DNA of 35,601 bases from a virus (taxonomy: Duplodnaviria > Caudoviricetes). Position 1 is the stretch's first letter, and each line of letters starts with the position of its first letter. Shown here piece after piece: positions 16,199 through 26,100 of the stretch. The notes under the pieces are model-generated. The model ran no database searches. It had not been told where the DNA came from and was given only the letters and a program-made list of their open reading frames with translations. The stretch is from positions 1-35,601 of the IMG/VR virus record IMGVR_UViG_3300020042_005013. One strand, given 5' to 3'. Position numbers and translations under genes: made by a program.

Positions 16199-19100
16199 CA
16201 GTCACACCCTCGGTTTTCTTTCTGCAAGTCAGCGCCTTCGTCAATGATCTTATCGTTTGGTTCCTGAGCTTTTGCAACCGCATTGCGCATCTGGTCAGGG
16301 GTGCCGTTAATCAGGGTCTGCATCGCCTGCTTGTTATTATTAACCTTCTGGGGTGAAACTGACTCGTCGTTTACCCCAGCTACCCGGAAGTCAGCCTTTG
16401 TCTTTTCACCAACAACCAGCACCCTGTTGCCCGCAGCAAGAAAATCATTGAAGAACTGGCTGCGCGCCGGACCCATGCCAAATATCCTGCGGAGCATATC
16501 CACAAAGTCATCCCACCAAGAGCGCTTACCAGCCTCCTCTTCGCTCATTAGGCGATAGCCACGGCCATCTGCCACAATGCGCTTAGCATAGTCTTGAACA
16601 TTCCTGTTGGTCAGAAGATAGGCAAGTGCCTCATTGGGCGACTCTCCCGCGCTTACGACGCTACTGGAAATTTCTCCGCCATCATAATAATCTTCCTTAA
16701 CAATGTCGGCAAAATCTCGCCACATGTCATTGAATTTCTTCACCTCTGCCACAACTTCTTCGTTGTATAAGCCGCGATCATCCAATGGCTGCCGGTTGCC
16801 TTCGGTGTAGACGCCAACGCTTGACCAACGCGCCTTTACGTAAGCATGGATGGCTTCGTGCAGGAACGTCTGCTCATTCACGCCGTTTGAGGCTGGCTCA
16901 TCGTTTTTGATAAGATATATATTCTTATCTTTTGGCGACGAAATAACCATACCTCGAACGCCGCCCAAAAGCACAAGTCCGATAGATTCGTTGTCAGCTC
17001 CATTTTTCTTGAGCGTCGAACTTGTTTTTTCCAAGTCACCGACCGGATCAAGGATGATGGTTTTCTGCTCACCAACGCCGTTCTTGGCGAGGATGGTGGC
17101 AATCTTTCGCGCGTCCTTGTCCTTGCTGTTCTTTTTGATCCACGCAATGGCTTGCTTTGTGTTGCCACTATCAAGCGATTTGTAGAGAGCGCTGTTTGGC
17201 GCAATCGGAGTGTCATTAACAGCTGCGTTTACTGGCGACGCAGTTAAGACCGCCGCCGCTGCAATACCAGTGCGAAGTTTTTTTGATGTTGTTTGCGAAG
17301 ATTCTTCAGCTCTAGCAAACATATCCGTTTGCCCAGCGCCTCTACCACGCTCCTCCAATATCCCGTCAAGAATGTCAGATGGTGACATTGACTCACGCTC
17401 GAATAGACCATCGCCCGTCGTCTGCTCGGAAGCCCGACGCACATACTTATCAAGCACATCAGCAATGGCTTCGCGTCCAGCTGCACGCCCCAATGTTTCG
17501 TTATAGAACGAACGGATGAACCGCTCAGTTACAGGATTTAGCGGATTGAATGCGTCATTCTGAGCGAGGAAGTCGGCAATCTTCGTGCCTTTGTTGCGGA
17601 CATCTCGAACCATCTTTGCAGCCTCAATAAGCTGCTTGGTCGTATCCATTTCTGGTTTGACATCGCCCCCTTCTATTGCATCAAGCATGCGTCGCCATGC
17701 TGCAGCAACATCCTCAAGCGCGCCACCAATGCTCTTGATGTTATTATCCTGCGACTCATCGAGGGTGTTGATCAGGTCAGCATCACCATATGCCGATGAC
17801 TTGACGGCTGTGCGAAGGCGGCGACTACCTTCAGCTGATAGCCGCCCGTCTTTATCAAGGAACGCAGCCTGCTCTTGCGTTGGTAGCTTCGACAGGAACG
17901 CACGCACAAAGCCCTGATTAGTTGAGGCATTGACATCTGGAGACGCCATCAGGCCCATGACATCTGGTGTCAAAGATGCCGCGTCGGTCTGAGCTTTCTC
18001 GCTGGTGCTGAGCTGCAGCTTCGTGTCCATGTTGCTTTCGCGCACGAACTTCGAGCGCTGTTCCGGTGTCATCCGGTCAGTCCGGCGGCGCACCAGAATG
18101 GGGCGCTCAATCCCGGATACGTCGAAGCCCTGATCTTCAATGAACTTACGGTATGCAGTGGCCTTTTCAGGCGACTCGTCGTACACCTTGTTGATTGCCA
18201 AGACGCGACCATTGCCGCTCTCGACCACATTGTCGAAACCAATAATCGGCGAACCACGGTCACTCTCAAGGCTCTCGCCAAGGCGCTCAGGGTCAAACTT
18301 GGCGAAGATGTCTTGAACCTGCAGGTCTGTTGAAGATCGGCTGCGGTCGCGGTTCTGTAAGTCGCCTGTTGCCGCTGTCAGATCCTTGGCATCCACAACC
18401 TCGAAGGCAGTGTTTACCTTCGATCCACCGGGGGTGGTAACAGTGCGGACGCGCTCTGGTGGTGGCGGTGGAAGCTCAGGTTCTTCGGCGATAGGCTCAG
18501 GCTCAGGCTCGATGGTGAACTTCGGCTTACCAGCGGGCGGTGAAAAGATCGGTGGCGCTACATCTGGTGAGAATACCGGTGGCGCTACAGCACCAGACTT
18601 AATTGCAGCTTTGGCTTCCCGTGCCGCAGTTTCTTCTTCCGTCTCGATGGTGAACTTGGGCTTCTCAACAGCGGGCGCAGAAGGAGGCGGCATCTCGATG
18701 GTAAACTTCGGCTTCTCAACAGGCGCAGCAACAGGCGCAGGCGGAGGCGGCGGTGGAGGCGGAGGTGGAGGCGGAGGCGGAGGTGGAGGCGGAGGTGGAG
18801 GCGGAGGTGGAGGCGCAACCACATCATCCAGCCCCTCAGTAATATCCATGCCAAAGGCCATGCCGCCCAAGCCGCTCTCAGGCTCGATAGCACCAGCCTT
18901 GATCGCAGCCTGAACCTGATCAGGATCTTCGGAGAATAGCACGCCATCTTCATCTGCAAGGACAACGCCGCCGTCTTCATCGAAACCTTGAAATGTATAA
19001 TCCCGTGGGCCCGATGGCTCCTGAAGCGTGACTTTACCACCGACCGGGCCAAGCGAACGCGCAAGAGTCTCCATGTCTGCAGGCGGCGGCGGCGGTGGCG

Positions 19101-20385
19101 GAGGCGTGCGTGAGTAACGTGAGGATGGCGGTGGTGGTGGAGCGCCAGTGCCTTCGTTGGAACCCAGCAACTTCCGCGTAGCTTCAACGCCGCCGCTGAT
19201 AGTGCCGCCAACGACACCACCAAGTAATGCGTTTTCTCCCACGCCCTCGAAGGCATCTTGGTTCGGGTTATAGATAGCCTTGGCAGCAAGGTTCTGACCA
19301 AGCTGCACAGTGCCTTCTTGCAAGCCCTCTTCAAACGTACTTAATGCAGTTCGCCCAAGTGCCTTTGCTTCCACGTTCGCAATGGTTTTCTTGACACCAT
19401 CAAAAATTGCATTGGGGGCAACGCGACCAAGCGTTGCGCGTTTAATAAAGTCAGATGCGCTATCGATAGCCGCAGTACGCGCAGACGCAGGCAGCTTTTC
19501 AATCATGCGGCTTGCCACACCAACTTCAGTAAGTCCAAGGCCCAATCCGACATTTCGAGCAAGGAACTCTTGGCCCGGAGATACAGTGCCACCTTCTTCG
19601 CGGAACTGCTGCGCTTGCTGTCCGGCAGACTGCGATCCCTGAGCCCCTGCTATGGCGTAGTTGGTTGCTCTAGCTACCTTCTCTGCAGTTGATAACTCGC
19701 CTGCCAAATTAGCGGCGCGGCCTGCTGTAGATAGTTTAGCCGCAGCGCCACCGAGACCACTTGTGATAACGTATGGCAAGGTACTGCCCACGCCTTCGCC
19801 ACCCATTGCGATGAAGTTTGCGGTGGGAGAATATTTAGTAGCCTCGCTTCGTTTACCAAAGACATCTTCAGCAAACTCAGTGTTTGCCTTTTGTGCGCGA
19901 GTACCCAAATTGGATATTGCTTTCCCAGTGTCTTCAGCACCAGCAGCCTGCAAGCCAGAACCTATATATCCAGCAGCACCCTCAATAAGAGTACCGGGAA
20001 GTTGCGTAAGGGTGCGAGGAATACCACGGAGAAAATCAGATATGCCGCCAGTGGCAGTTAGGCCCGGCGGCAGCTTATTATTCTTCTCTAAGTAACCAAG
20101 CCTATCTTGGTTGACCCTAAGAGCTTCTTTCTGGCCACTGATCGCGGCTTCAAGCGCACGATACCTATCCGGGTTGGACTGAATGATGGGGTTTTGCAGT
20201 TGCTGGGTTAAGCTGGCAATTGATTTTTGCGCAGCAGCTATGCTTGCCGCTGTTTTCTTCCGGTCATTTTCAACCGCTGGATCAGGTTTTGCAAAAGGAT
20301 CAAAGTCAACAGGCTTCAGCTTGACATTGCCAGAAGGCGCTGCCGGAGCGAATGGATCAAAATCAACTGGCTTATAAGTGGGCAT
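16198..20385 (-). CDS. Large polyvalent virion protein: Gly/Ala-rich N-terminus, poly-Pro linker, ddrB-like ParB domain, HExxH metallopeptidase
   Basis: LQNRDRSR...FDPERLG...GSPII...VVESGNGR (about 17700-18450); FLHEAIHA (HEAIH at 16846-16860) with downstream NEALAY; 25 Pro at 18739-18813. Confidence 0.8.
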   Translation of the reverse strand: MPTYKPVDFDPFAPAAPSGNVKLKPVDFDPFAKPDPAVENDRKKTAASIAAAQKSIASLTQQLQNPIIQSNPDRYRALEAAISGQKEALRVNQDRLGYLEKNNKLPPGLTATGGISDFLRGIPRTLTQLPGTLIEGAAGYIGSGLQAAGAEDTGKAISNLGTRAQKANTEFAEDVFGKRSEATKYSPTANFIAMGGEGVGSTLPYVITSGLGGAAAKLSTAGRAANLAGELSTAEKVARATNYAIAGAQGSQSAGQQAQQFREEGGTVSPGQEFLARNVGLGLGLTEVGVASRMIEKLPASARTAAIDSASDFIKRATLGRVAPNAIFDGVKKTIANVEAKALGRTALSTFEEGLQEGTVQLGQNLAAKAIYNPNQDAFEGVGENALLGGVVGGTISGGVEATRKLLGSNEGTGAPPPPPSSRYSRTPPPPPPPPADMETLARSLGPVGGKVTLQEPSGPRDYTFQGFDEDGGVVLADEDGVLFSEDPDQVQAAIKAGAIEPESGLGGMAFGMDITEGLDDVVAPPPPPPPPPPPPPPPPPPPPPPPPPAPVAAPVEKPKFTIEMPPPSAPAVEKPKFTIETEEETAAREAKAAIKSGAVAPPVFSPDVAPPIFSPPAGKPKFTIEPEPEPIAEEPELPPPPPERVRTVTTPGGSKVNTAFEVVDAKDLTAATGDLQNRDRSRSSTDLQVQDIFAKFDPERLGESLESDRGSPIIGFDNVVESGNGRVLAINKVYDESPEKATAYRKFIEDQGFDVSGIERPILVRRRTDRMTPEQRSKFVRESNMDTKLQLSTSEKAQTDAASLTPDVMGLMASPDVNASTNQGFVRAFLSKLPTQEQAAFLDKDGRLSAEGSRRLRTAVKSSAYGDADLINTLDESQDNNIKSIGGALEDVAAAWRRMLDAIEGGDVKPEMDTTKQLIEAAKMVRDVRNKGTKIADFLAQNDAFNPLNPVTERFIRSFYNETLGRAAGREAIADVLDKYVRRASEQTTGDGLFERESMSPSDILDGILEERGRGAGQTDMFARAEESSQTTSKKLRTGIAAAAVLTASPVNAAVNDTPIAPNSALYKSLDSGNTKQAIAWIKKNSKDKDARKIATILAKNGVGEQKTIILDPVGDLEKTSSTLKKNGADNESIGLVLLGGVRGMVISSPKDKNIYLIKNDEPASNGVNEQTFLHEAIHAYVKARWSSVGVYTEGNRQPLDDRGLYNEEVVAEVKKFNDMWRDFADIVKEDYYDGGEISSSVVSAGESPNEALAYLLTNRNVQDYAKRIVADGRGYRLMSEEEAGKRSWWDDFVDMLRRIFGMGPARSQFFNDFLAAGNRVLVVGEKTKADFRVAGVNDESVSPQKVNNNKQAMQTLINGTPDQMRNAVAKAQEPNDKIIDEGADLQKENRGCD
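18739..18813 (-). repeat. (CCN)25 tract encoding 25 consecutive prolines
   Basis: 25 NGG triplets on the + strand, in frame, using only CCT/CCG/CCA codons. Confidence 0.95.
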
Positions 20386-20395
20386 TGTTCACCCT

Positions 20396-22216
20396 TTATC
20401 GAGTAACTTCCAGATACTTACCCGGTCTTTTTGGATCTGGCACGTACCATTTTTTTGTAGTGTTCGAATATTGCGCGCCCTTTACAGGAGGATTACCCTT
20501 AGCCGGAGCTGCCTGAGCAGCTGGAGCAGCCGGTAAACTACCACCCCTTAAAGCCTCAAGCTCTTTATCTATATATTTTATCGCCAGCCTAATAGCTGCC
20601 TTCTCAGGCCCCACTGTTGTAGCAGTGTTAAGTTGAATCATTAATCCGCGACGCTCTTTTGAAAGATTGCCAATTTTTGTTTGGATCTGATTCGCTGTCA
20701 TGGGTTTGTCGCCACCATCGGAGCGACCTCCGCCGGATTCGTAATATATCTTTTGAGCCAGCCTAAGAGCAACCTCAGAATCAATAACGTCACCAGCCCT
20801 ATCAGCTTTTGTTTTAGCTTCAGATGCCCTTGATTTAGCTTCACTGATGACATCATCCTGAGTAGCTAATTTTACAATATCATCAGACTCCAATGTTGTT
20901 AGCGCATACTCATCTTTAGATAGTTGAGCTCCAGCATCTTGCAGGGCAATAGCTCTATCCCGGGCAGCCTGAAGTGCATCTATCTTCTGCAGGGTGTAGG
21001 CATCACGTTTCTCTTCAATGCCGCGACGCGCTGCCTCACGCGCATCACGAGCACCTGTGTAGCTTTCGTTACCAGCCGCTAGGCCACGAGTGAAGGCAGA
21101 AGTAAAGCTCTCGCCGGGCCTTGCAGATGCAAGCGCAGCGCCGCCCGCAATCAAGGCATCGAACGGAGCGCGCTTTGCGGCCTTATCTGCCAACTCTTCT
21201 TCACGCGCAAGGCGCGCTGTCTGGCGCTCCAATAGGGCTGCGCGATCAGCATCAACGACAGCCCCCTCTTCAGCCTTAACCATGCCCTGCAGCCGAGTAA
21301 CTACACCAGATAGGTTTCTTAATTTAGAAGCCTGCTCATCAGAAGGCTCCTTGCCCGGTGGTATACTTGCCCTTAACTGCTCAAGCTCAGACTGCTTCTG
21401 TTCAAGCTGCAACCTGAAACGAGATGGCGCTCCCTTCGGTGGAGCCATTGCCGCTACAGGCGCTGGAGTAGAGCGTGGCGTAGCGGTGGATGCAGTAGGC
21501 GCTCCTGCAGCAGCTATTGCAGATTCACGCGCAGGAGCAACGCCGAGCGAAGACGGATCTTTAAGGATTGATCTAGGATCAATGCGGTTATTTTTTTCAT
21601 CACGAGCGCCAACGTGGAGGTGATAGCCACCGTTCTTACCCCGCACTCGCCCGGTATTCCCAGAAGTGCCTAAAATATCACCCGCATCAACAGGTTGTCC
21701 TTCTTTGACATTGAACCCACTGAGATGACTGTAAGAAGTTGTTTTACCATTGGGGTGCTTAACAACAACATAGTTGCCATTAATATTGTCCGTCTTTGCA
21801 GTTACTACAACGCCCGGAGCGGGAGTGCCGACGGGCGTACCCTTTGGCGTTGCGTAATCCACGCCTTGGTGCATACCCGATGCCCGCTTACCGTAACCAG
21901 ATGTGACGCCGGATTCCATCCAAGAAAGCGGATTAGGAGATTTGTTCGCATTAGCGACAGGAGCTATCTGAGCCGTTGGCTTCGGGGCTTCCAGCCGAGC
22001 AGGTTGCATAGGGGCTGGAGAAGCAGCTGTCAGCCGGGTTGGAAATAGATTTGCAAGCCCACTGATCGGCGGCATTCCACCAGCACCCGGAGCCTCAGCG
22101 CCTTCAGACGCCATGACCTGAGCGACCAGATCCTCAATAGCCATGTTCTGCAGCTCAGGCTTCAAAGACCGTAACTGCATAGCTTTCATTCGTGCTTGCT
22201 GAGGCGTCATCACCAT
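20396..22216 (-). CDS. Virion-associated M23 peptidase (peptidoglycan endopeptidase) with coiled-coil C-terminal half
   Basis: HQGVD (HxxxD), YSHL, GTSGNTG, YHLH (HxH); lies among the ejected-protein genes. Confidence 0.88.
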   Translation of the reverse strand: MVMTPQQARMKAMQLRSLKPELQNMAIEDLVAQVMASEGAEAPGAGGMPPISGLANLFPTRLTAASPAPMQPARLEAPKPTAQIAPVANANKSPNPLSWMESGVTSGYGKRASGMHQGVDYATPKGTPVGTPAPGVVVTAKTDNINGNYVVVKHPNGKTTSYSHLSGFNVKEGQPVDAGDILGTSGNTGRVRGKNGGYHLHVGARDEKNNRIDPRSILKDPSSLGVAPARESAIAAAGAPTASTATPRSTPAPVAAMAPPKGAPSRFRLQLEQKQSELEQLRASIPPGKEPSDEQASKLRNLSGVVTRLQGMVKAEEGAVVDADRAALLERQTARLAREEELADKAAKRAPFDALIAGGAALASARPGESFTSAFTRGLAAGNESYTGARDAREAARRGIEEKRDAYTLQKIDALQAARDRAIALQDAGAQLSKDEYALTTLESDDIVKLATQDDVISEAKSRASEAKTKADRAGDVIDSEVALRLAQKIYYESGGGRSDGGDKPMTANQIQTKIGNLSKERRGLMIQLNTATTVGPEKAAIRLAIKYIDKELEALRGGSLPAAPAAQAAPAKGNPPVKGAQYSNTTKKWYVPDPKRPGKYLEVTR

Positions 22217-22217
22217 C

Positions 22218-23150
22218 TTACTTATCCTTTAACCAACCAAGCCCGTGCATAGGATGCTTAATGTTGCGCTTGCCATCGGCGGTAATTGGGCCGCCTTCTT
22301 TCTTCTTACCAAAGATATTACCAAGAACACCAATGCCGGTAGCTACAGCACCAAGAGTCTGTGCGGTCTTATTTACACCGGGCTCCTGCTTATAGGTAGT
22401 GCCAGTTCCGCTTGCGCTTGGCGTGCCGGTGAAATCTGCGAAGCGTCGAGCCTGATTGTAATCGTAATCCCGCTGCTCTTCAAAGTCAGAACGCAACAGA
22501 TCGAGCGACTGCTGCTCGAACCCACGCTGCGCTGCACCAGCCGCTTCAAGCGCCGCTGCATCAGTACCAGCCAAGCTCTGAACGTCACGGCCAAGCGACT
22601 GTGCCCGCTCAGCTGCCGAGAGGTAACGGTCGGCCTCAGTGTTGAACTGACCCATGCTGCTCTCATAGCCCTTCTGAAGAGCTTCATTCTGTGCCGATAG
22701 AGCCGCAGCATTGGCATCGCGTACCGCACGAGCTGTAAACTCAGCGCTCCGGCTGCCACCAAACGTGCCGCCGCCGACAAATGTACGGTTTACCGCAGGT
22801 AGAAGGTTTTCAGACAAGTTGCGACCAGCCGCCGCACCAATCCCAGCAACGACGTTCTGTGTATATGGGTTCATATAGCTGGATACGACACCCGGATCTG
22901 TAAAGGATCGAGTCCCTCCAGAGATAAAATTGCCAGCTGCTTGCGTGTACGGCTTGTAGTTCCCGACGTTCTGGGAAACCATATTGTAAGCCTGCTGCTG
23001 CTGTGGTGCAATCGCCGCAATACGTGGGCCAGCATTGTAAGGCTGATAACCACCGCTCGTAGCGGCATAGCCCCGCTCGATGCTCTTGGTATAGGCATCA
23101 ACAAGCCATTGAGGTAACTTGGTTTCGGTTACGGTTTCTGTAATAGCCAT
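22218..23150 (-). CDS. Putative DNA ejection/internal virion protein
   Basis: Gln/Ala-rich helical protein; YMNPYTQNVV and GTFGGSR motifs; C-terminal hydrophobic Gly-rich helix; gene position. Confidence 0.65.
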   Translation of the reverse strand: MAITETVTETKLPQWLVDAYTKSIERGYAATSGGYQPYNAGPRIAAIAPQQQQAYNMVSQNVGNYKPYTQAAGNFISGGTRSFTDPGVVSSYMNPYTQNVVAGIGAAAGRNLSENLLPAVNRTFVGGGTFGGSRSAEFTARAVRDANAAALSAQNEALQKGYESSMGQFNTEADRYLSAAERAQSLGRDVQSLAGTDAAALEAAGAAQRGFEQQSLDLLRSDFEEQRDYDYNQARRFADFTGTPSASGTGTTYKQEPGVNKTAQTLGAVATGIGVLGNIFGKKKEGGPITADGKRNIKHPMHGLGWLKDK

Positions 23151-26100
23151 TACGCCATTCCTCCAACAGCTTTAAGCATTCTATCTATACCCTTCTGGGG
23201 TTTTGCAATCTTTTTTACGTCCTTACGGCCAGCTTGTTGGCGAACCATTTTACGCATTTTGTCAAGACGGCGCACACCTTCATCAGTCGATCCGTCACCA
23301 AGATCCGCAACATCCTGCGCGCTCCAGACATATTCGCCATCGGATAGCCATGCCGGGATCTTATCTTCCTGACCGCTGCCTATGCCTTTTACCTGCCCGG
23401 GGCCCTGATGCCCACCATTCTTATGATACTCGACAAGATGCTTTACCATATCATCTTCGATTTCGCCGCCTTCTTTTTTACCGGGAGGTATGGCGCGTTC
23501 GCCAGCTGGTCCAGTAGCTGGGCCAGTTTCGACAACAGCCTCTCCAGTCACAGGATCGCGAGTGAAGAACAGAAACTCTGTTTCCTGATCGCCACCGGCC
23601 CGGCCATATGTTTGCGGCGTATAAGGATAGCGACCACCAACTCCGCCGATGCCATTGCCGGTAAGCGTTGGCCTCAGATTGTTTGTTGTGAAGTTCAGCT
23701 TAGATGTATCAGGGGTGCGTGTTCCTGTGCCGCCGCCGCCGCCGCCAACAACGCCTCCGATTATCGGAAGAACGTCAGCTGCTATTTCAGCCGCATCTTT
23801 TATTTTATCCAGTGTGGATTTTTCTGTTAGAGCGGGATCTGGTTTTAAATCAATCGGATCAAGAGTATCCAGAACCGAACCAGTAACACCGCCTATACCA
23901 GCTGCAGGCGTGGTTCCACTGCCCGTAACCACAATAGGCTCTTCTTTAGCAGGCGGCGTATCGTCAACTGGCTCCGATACCTCTCTTTCCATATTCGAAA
24001 TTCTGTCAATTACGCCATCCGCAATAGGACTTCCAATGCCATTGACAACGCCTGTATTCGGATTTCCTGTAACCGTAGCAGCAGGAGGCTCTTCTGTAAC
24101 AGGAGCCTCTCCGGTATCGGTTTTAACCACCGTCGAGGGCGGAATCTCAACGCGAGTAATGCCGTCACCAATGCCAGTGATCGGATCTGTATTTATTGGA
24201 AACGTATCTACAGTTTCAGGAGCCCTAACCAAGATTTCCTTAACAGGTTCTTCCGCAACAGGAGGCTCTTCAACAGGGGGCTTTTCAAGAGGACTGACGA
24301 CTTCATCCACGATAGGCTTAATGACGCCATTAACGACCTCTCCCACAATCGGGCTGGCTCCGGACGCAGGGCCTGTAACCAAGCTACCGTTGACGACAAG
24401 ATCTCCACCTACCGCCCCTGCATTTTCAGCAACAGCCGTCGTCGCCGTATTATCAACATTGTTAAGAAGAGTTTCCGTCTCCGGACTTGGTGTATAATCA
24501 GGCACAACAGTTTTTACAGCATCAACGATTGCCGAACTAACAGCAGAACCAACGGCCCCTGAAGTTACTGCAGCCGCAGCCGCATTGGTTGCTGCGTTAA
24601 CAATAATATCCCCAGTAATTGCATCAACAGTGCCGCTTCCACCAATGCCGCTGATGATGTTGCCAACTTGAGATTCAAAGCCGATGTCCTTGAGGACGCC
24701 GCCAACTGCGTCTGTAACCGTACCGCCAAAATCAGTGCCTGACATAACGCCAGCTGTTACACCAGCAACAGTCGCTCTAATCAACGTCTCCTCAACCGAA
24801 CGGCCTTGAACCACACTTGAAACAGCAGAACCAAGAGCAACGGCACCAGCGGTTGCCGCCCATCCAACCGGGCCAAGAACGGCTGTGGCAATTATTGGAT
24901 AGGCTATGTCCGATACGTTGACACCAGCCGCGCTTGCACCAGCGGCAATTGCCGCACCGATTGGGCCACCAATGATAAAGCCAAGGGCGGCATCCCCAAG
25001 AATATCAAGAACCTCAGGAATAATGCTTGCGTTCTTATTTTCACGAGCAACGGATTTAAACGTATCTCCAAATACCAAGTCCCCTGATCCGGGATTCTTA
25101 AATTGGCCAACTTCAATATCCCACTCAGCCTTGTTGCCGCCAGCTTTGGTCAACCCTGCAGCAAGTTCGATTGCCTTTTGGGCGTCATCATAGCCAGCAC
25201 CTTGGAAGATAACCTTGCCAGTTCTTTGATCAACAAGACGGATTGGCTGGCCTTCAATCAAACTAAAACTACCCCCATAGGAGGTATCATTACCCTTGTT
25301 AGACTTCGGCGCTTTGAAGGTTCTGTAATTATTAGTCGCGTCAGGATTAGCGCCAACCATATCCATTCTGAGGCTGGAAATTAACTTTGTGTCAATCCCA
25401 GCAAATGAAGCCATCGCATCATTCCACTGATTCCTAGATAGCCCCATTGCCTGAAGGTCTGTGTCGCTTGGCTCGTAAGTTGCATTGTTTACAACTTGCA
25501 AGCCAGTATCAGTTGCAGCAGCTGGAGCCGCAGCTGGAGCAGCCGCAGTCTCAAGAACTGAAGGAGCCGAAGCTGGAGCCGCAACGACTGGAGATCCAAT
25601 ACCAGCTACAGGAGCAGCCTCTACGGCTGGCGTGTAAACTTCCTCAGGAATATAGCCTATGCCCGGCTGGTAATAATCTTCTGCACCCCTGCCGCTAGGC
25701 TGGCTAACTGGGATTGGAGCTGGGGCCGGAGCTGGAGTGGGCGTATAAATCTCTTCAGCGGCCTGCACCCCTGACTGATACAAATCCTCCTCACCCCGGC
25801 GACCAATGCCCCGGAAGGTAGTTGGATCTGGCGTGTAAGTTTGAGCGGGAGCTGGAGCGGGCGTATAAACCGGAGCAGGCTCTGGAGCAGGGTTGTAAAC
25901 CTCCTCACGCATGCCGTAATTAAAATCTGGCTCGGCGTAATTATACTCAGAGTCGCGACCAATGCCACGAAACGGCGCTGGTTCTGGAGCGGCGGCCTGC
26001 ACTTCTGCTACGCGCTGAGCAGCTTGTGCACGCTGGGCTTCCGCCTGCACTTCGGCTACACGCTGAGCCGCCTGCGCCTGTTCCTGTGCCTGTGCCTGAG

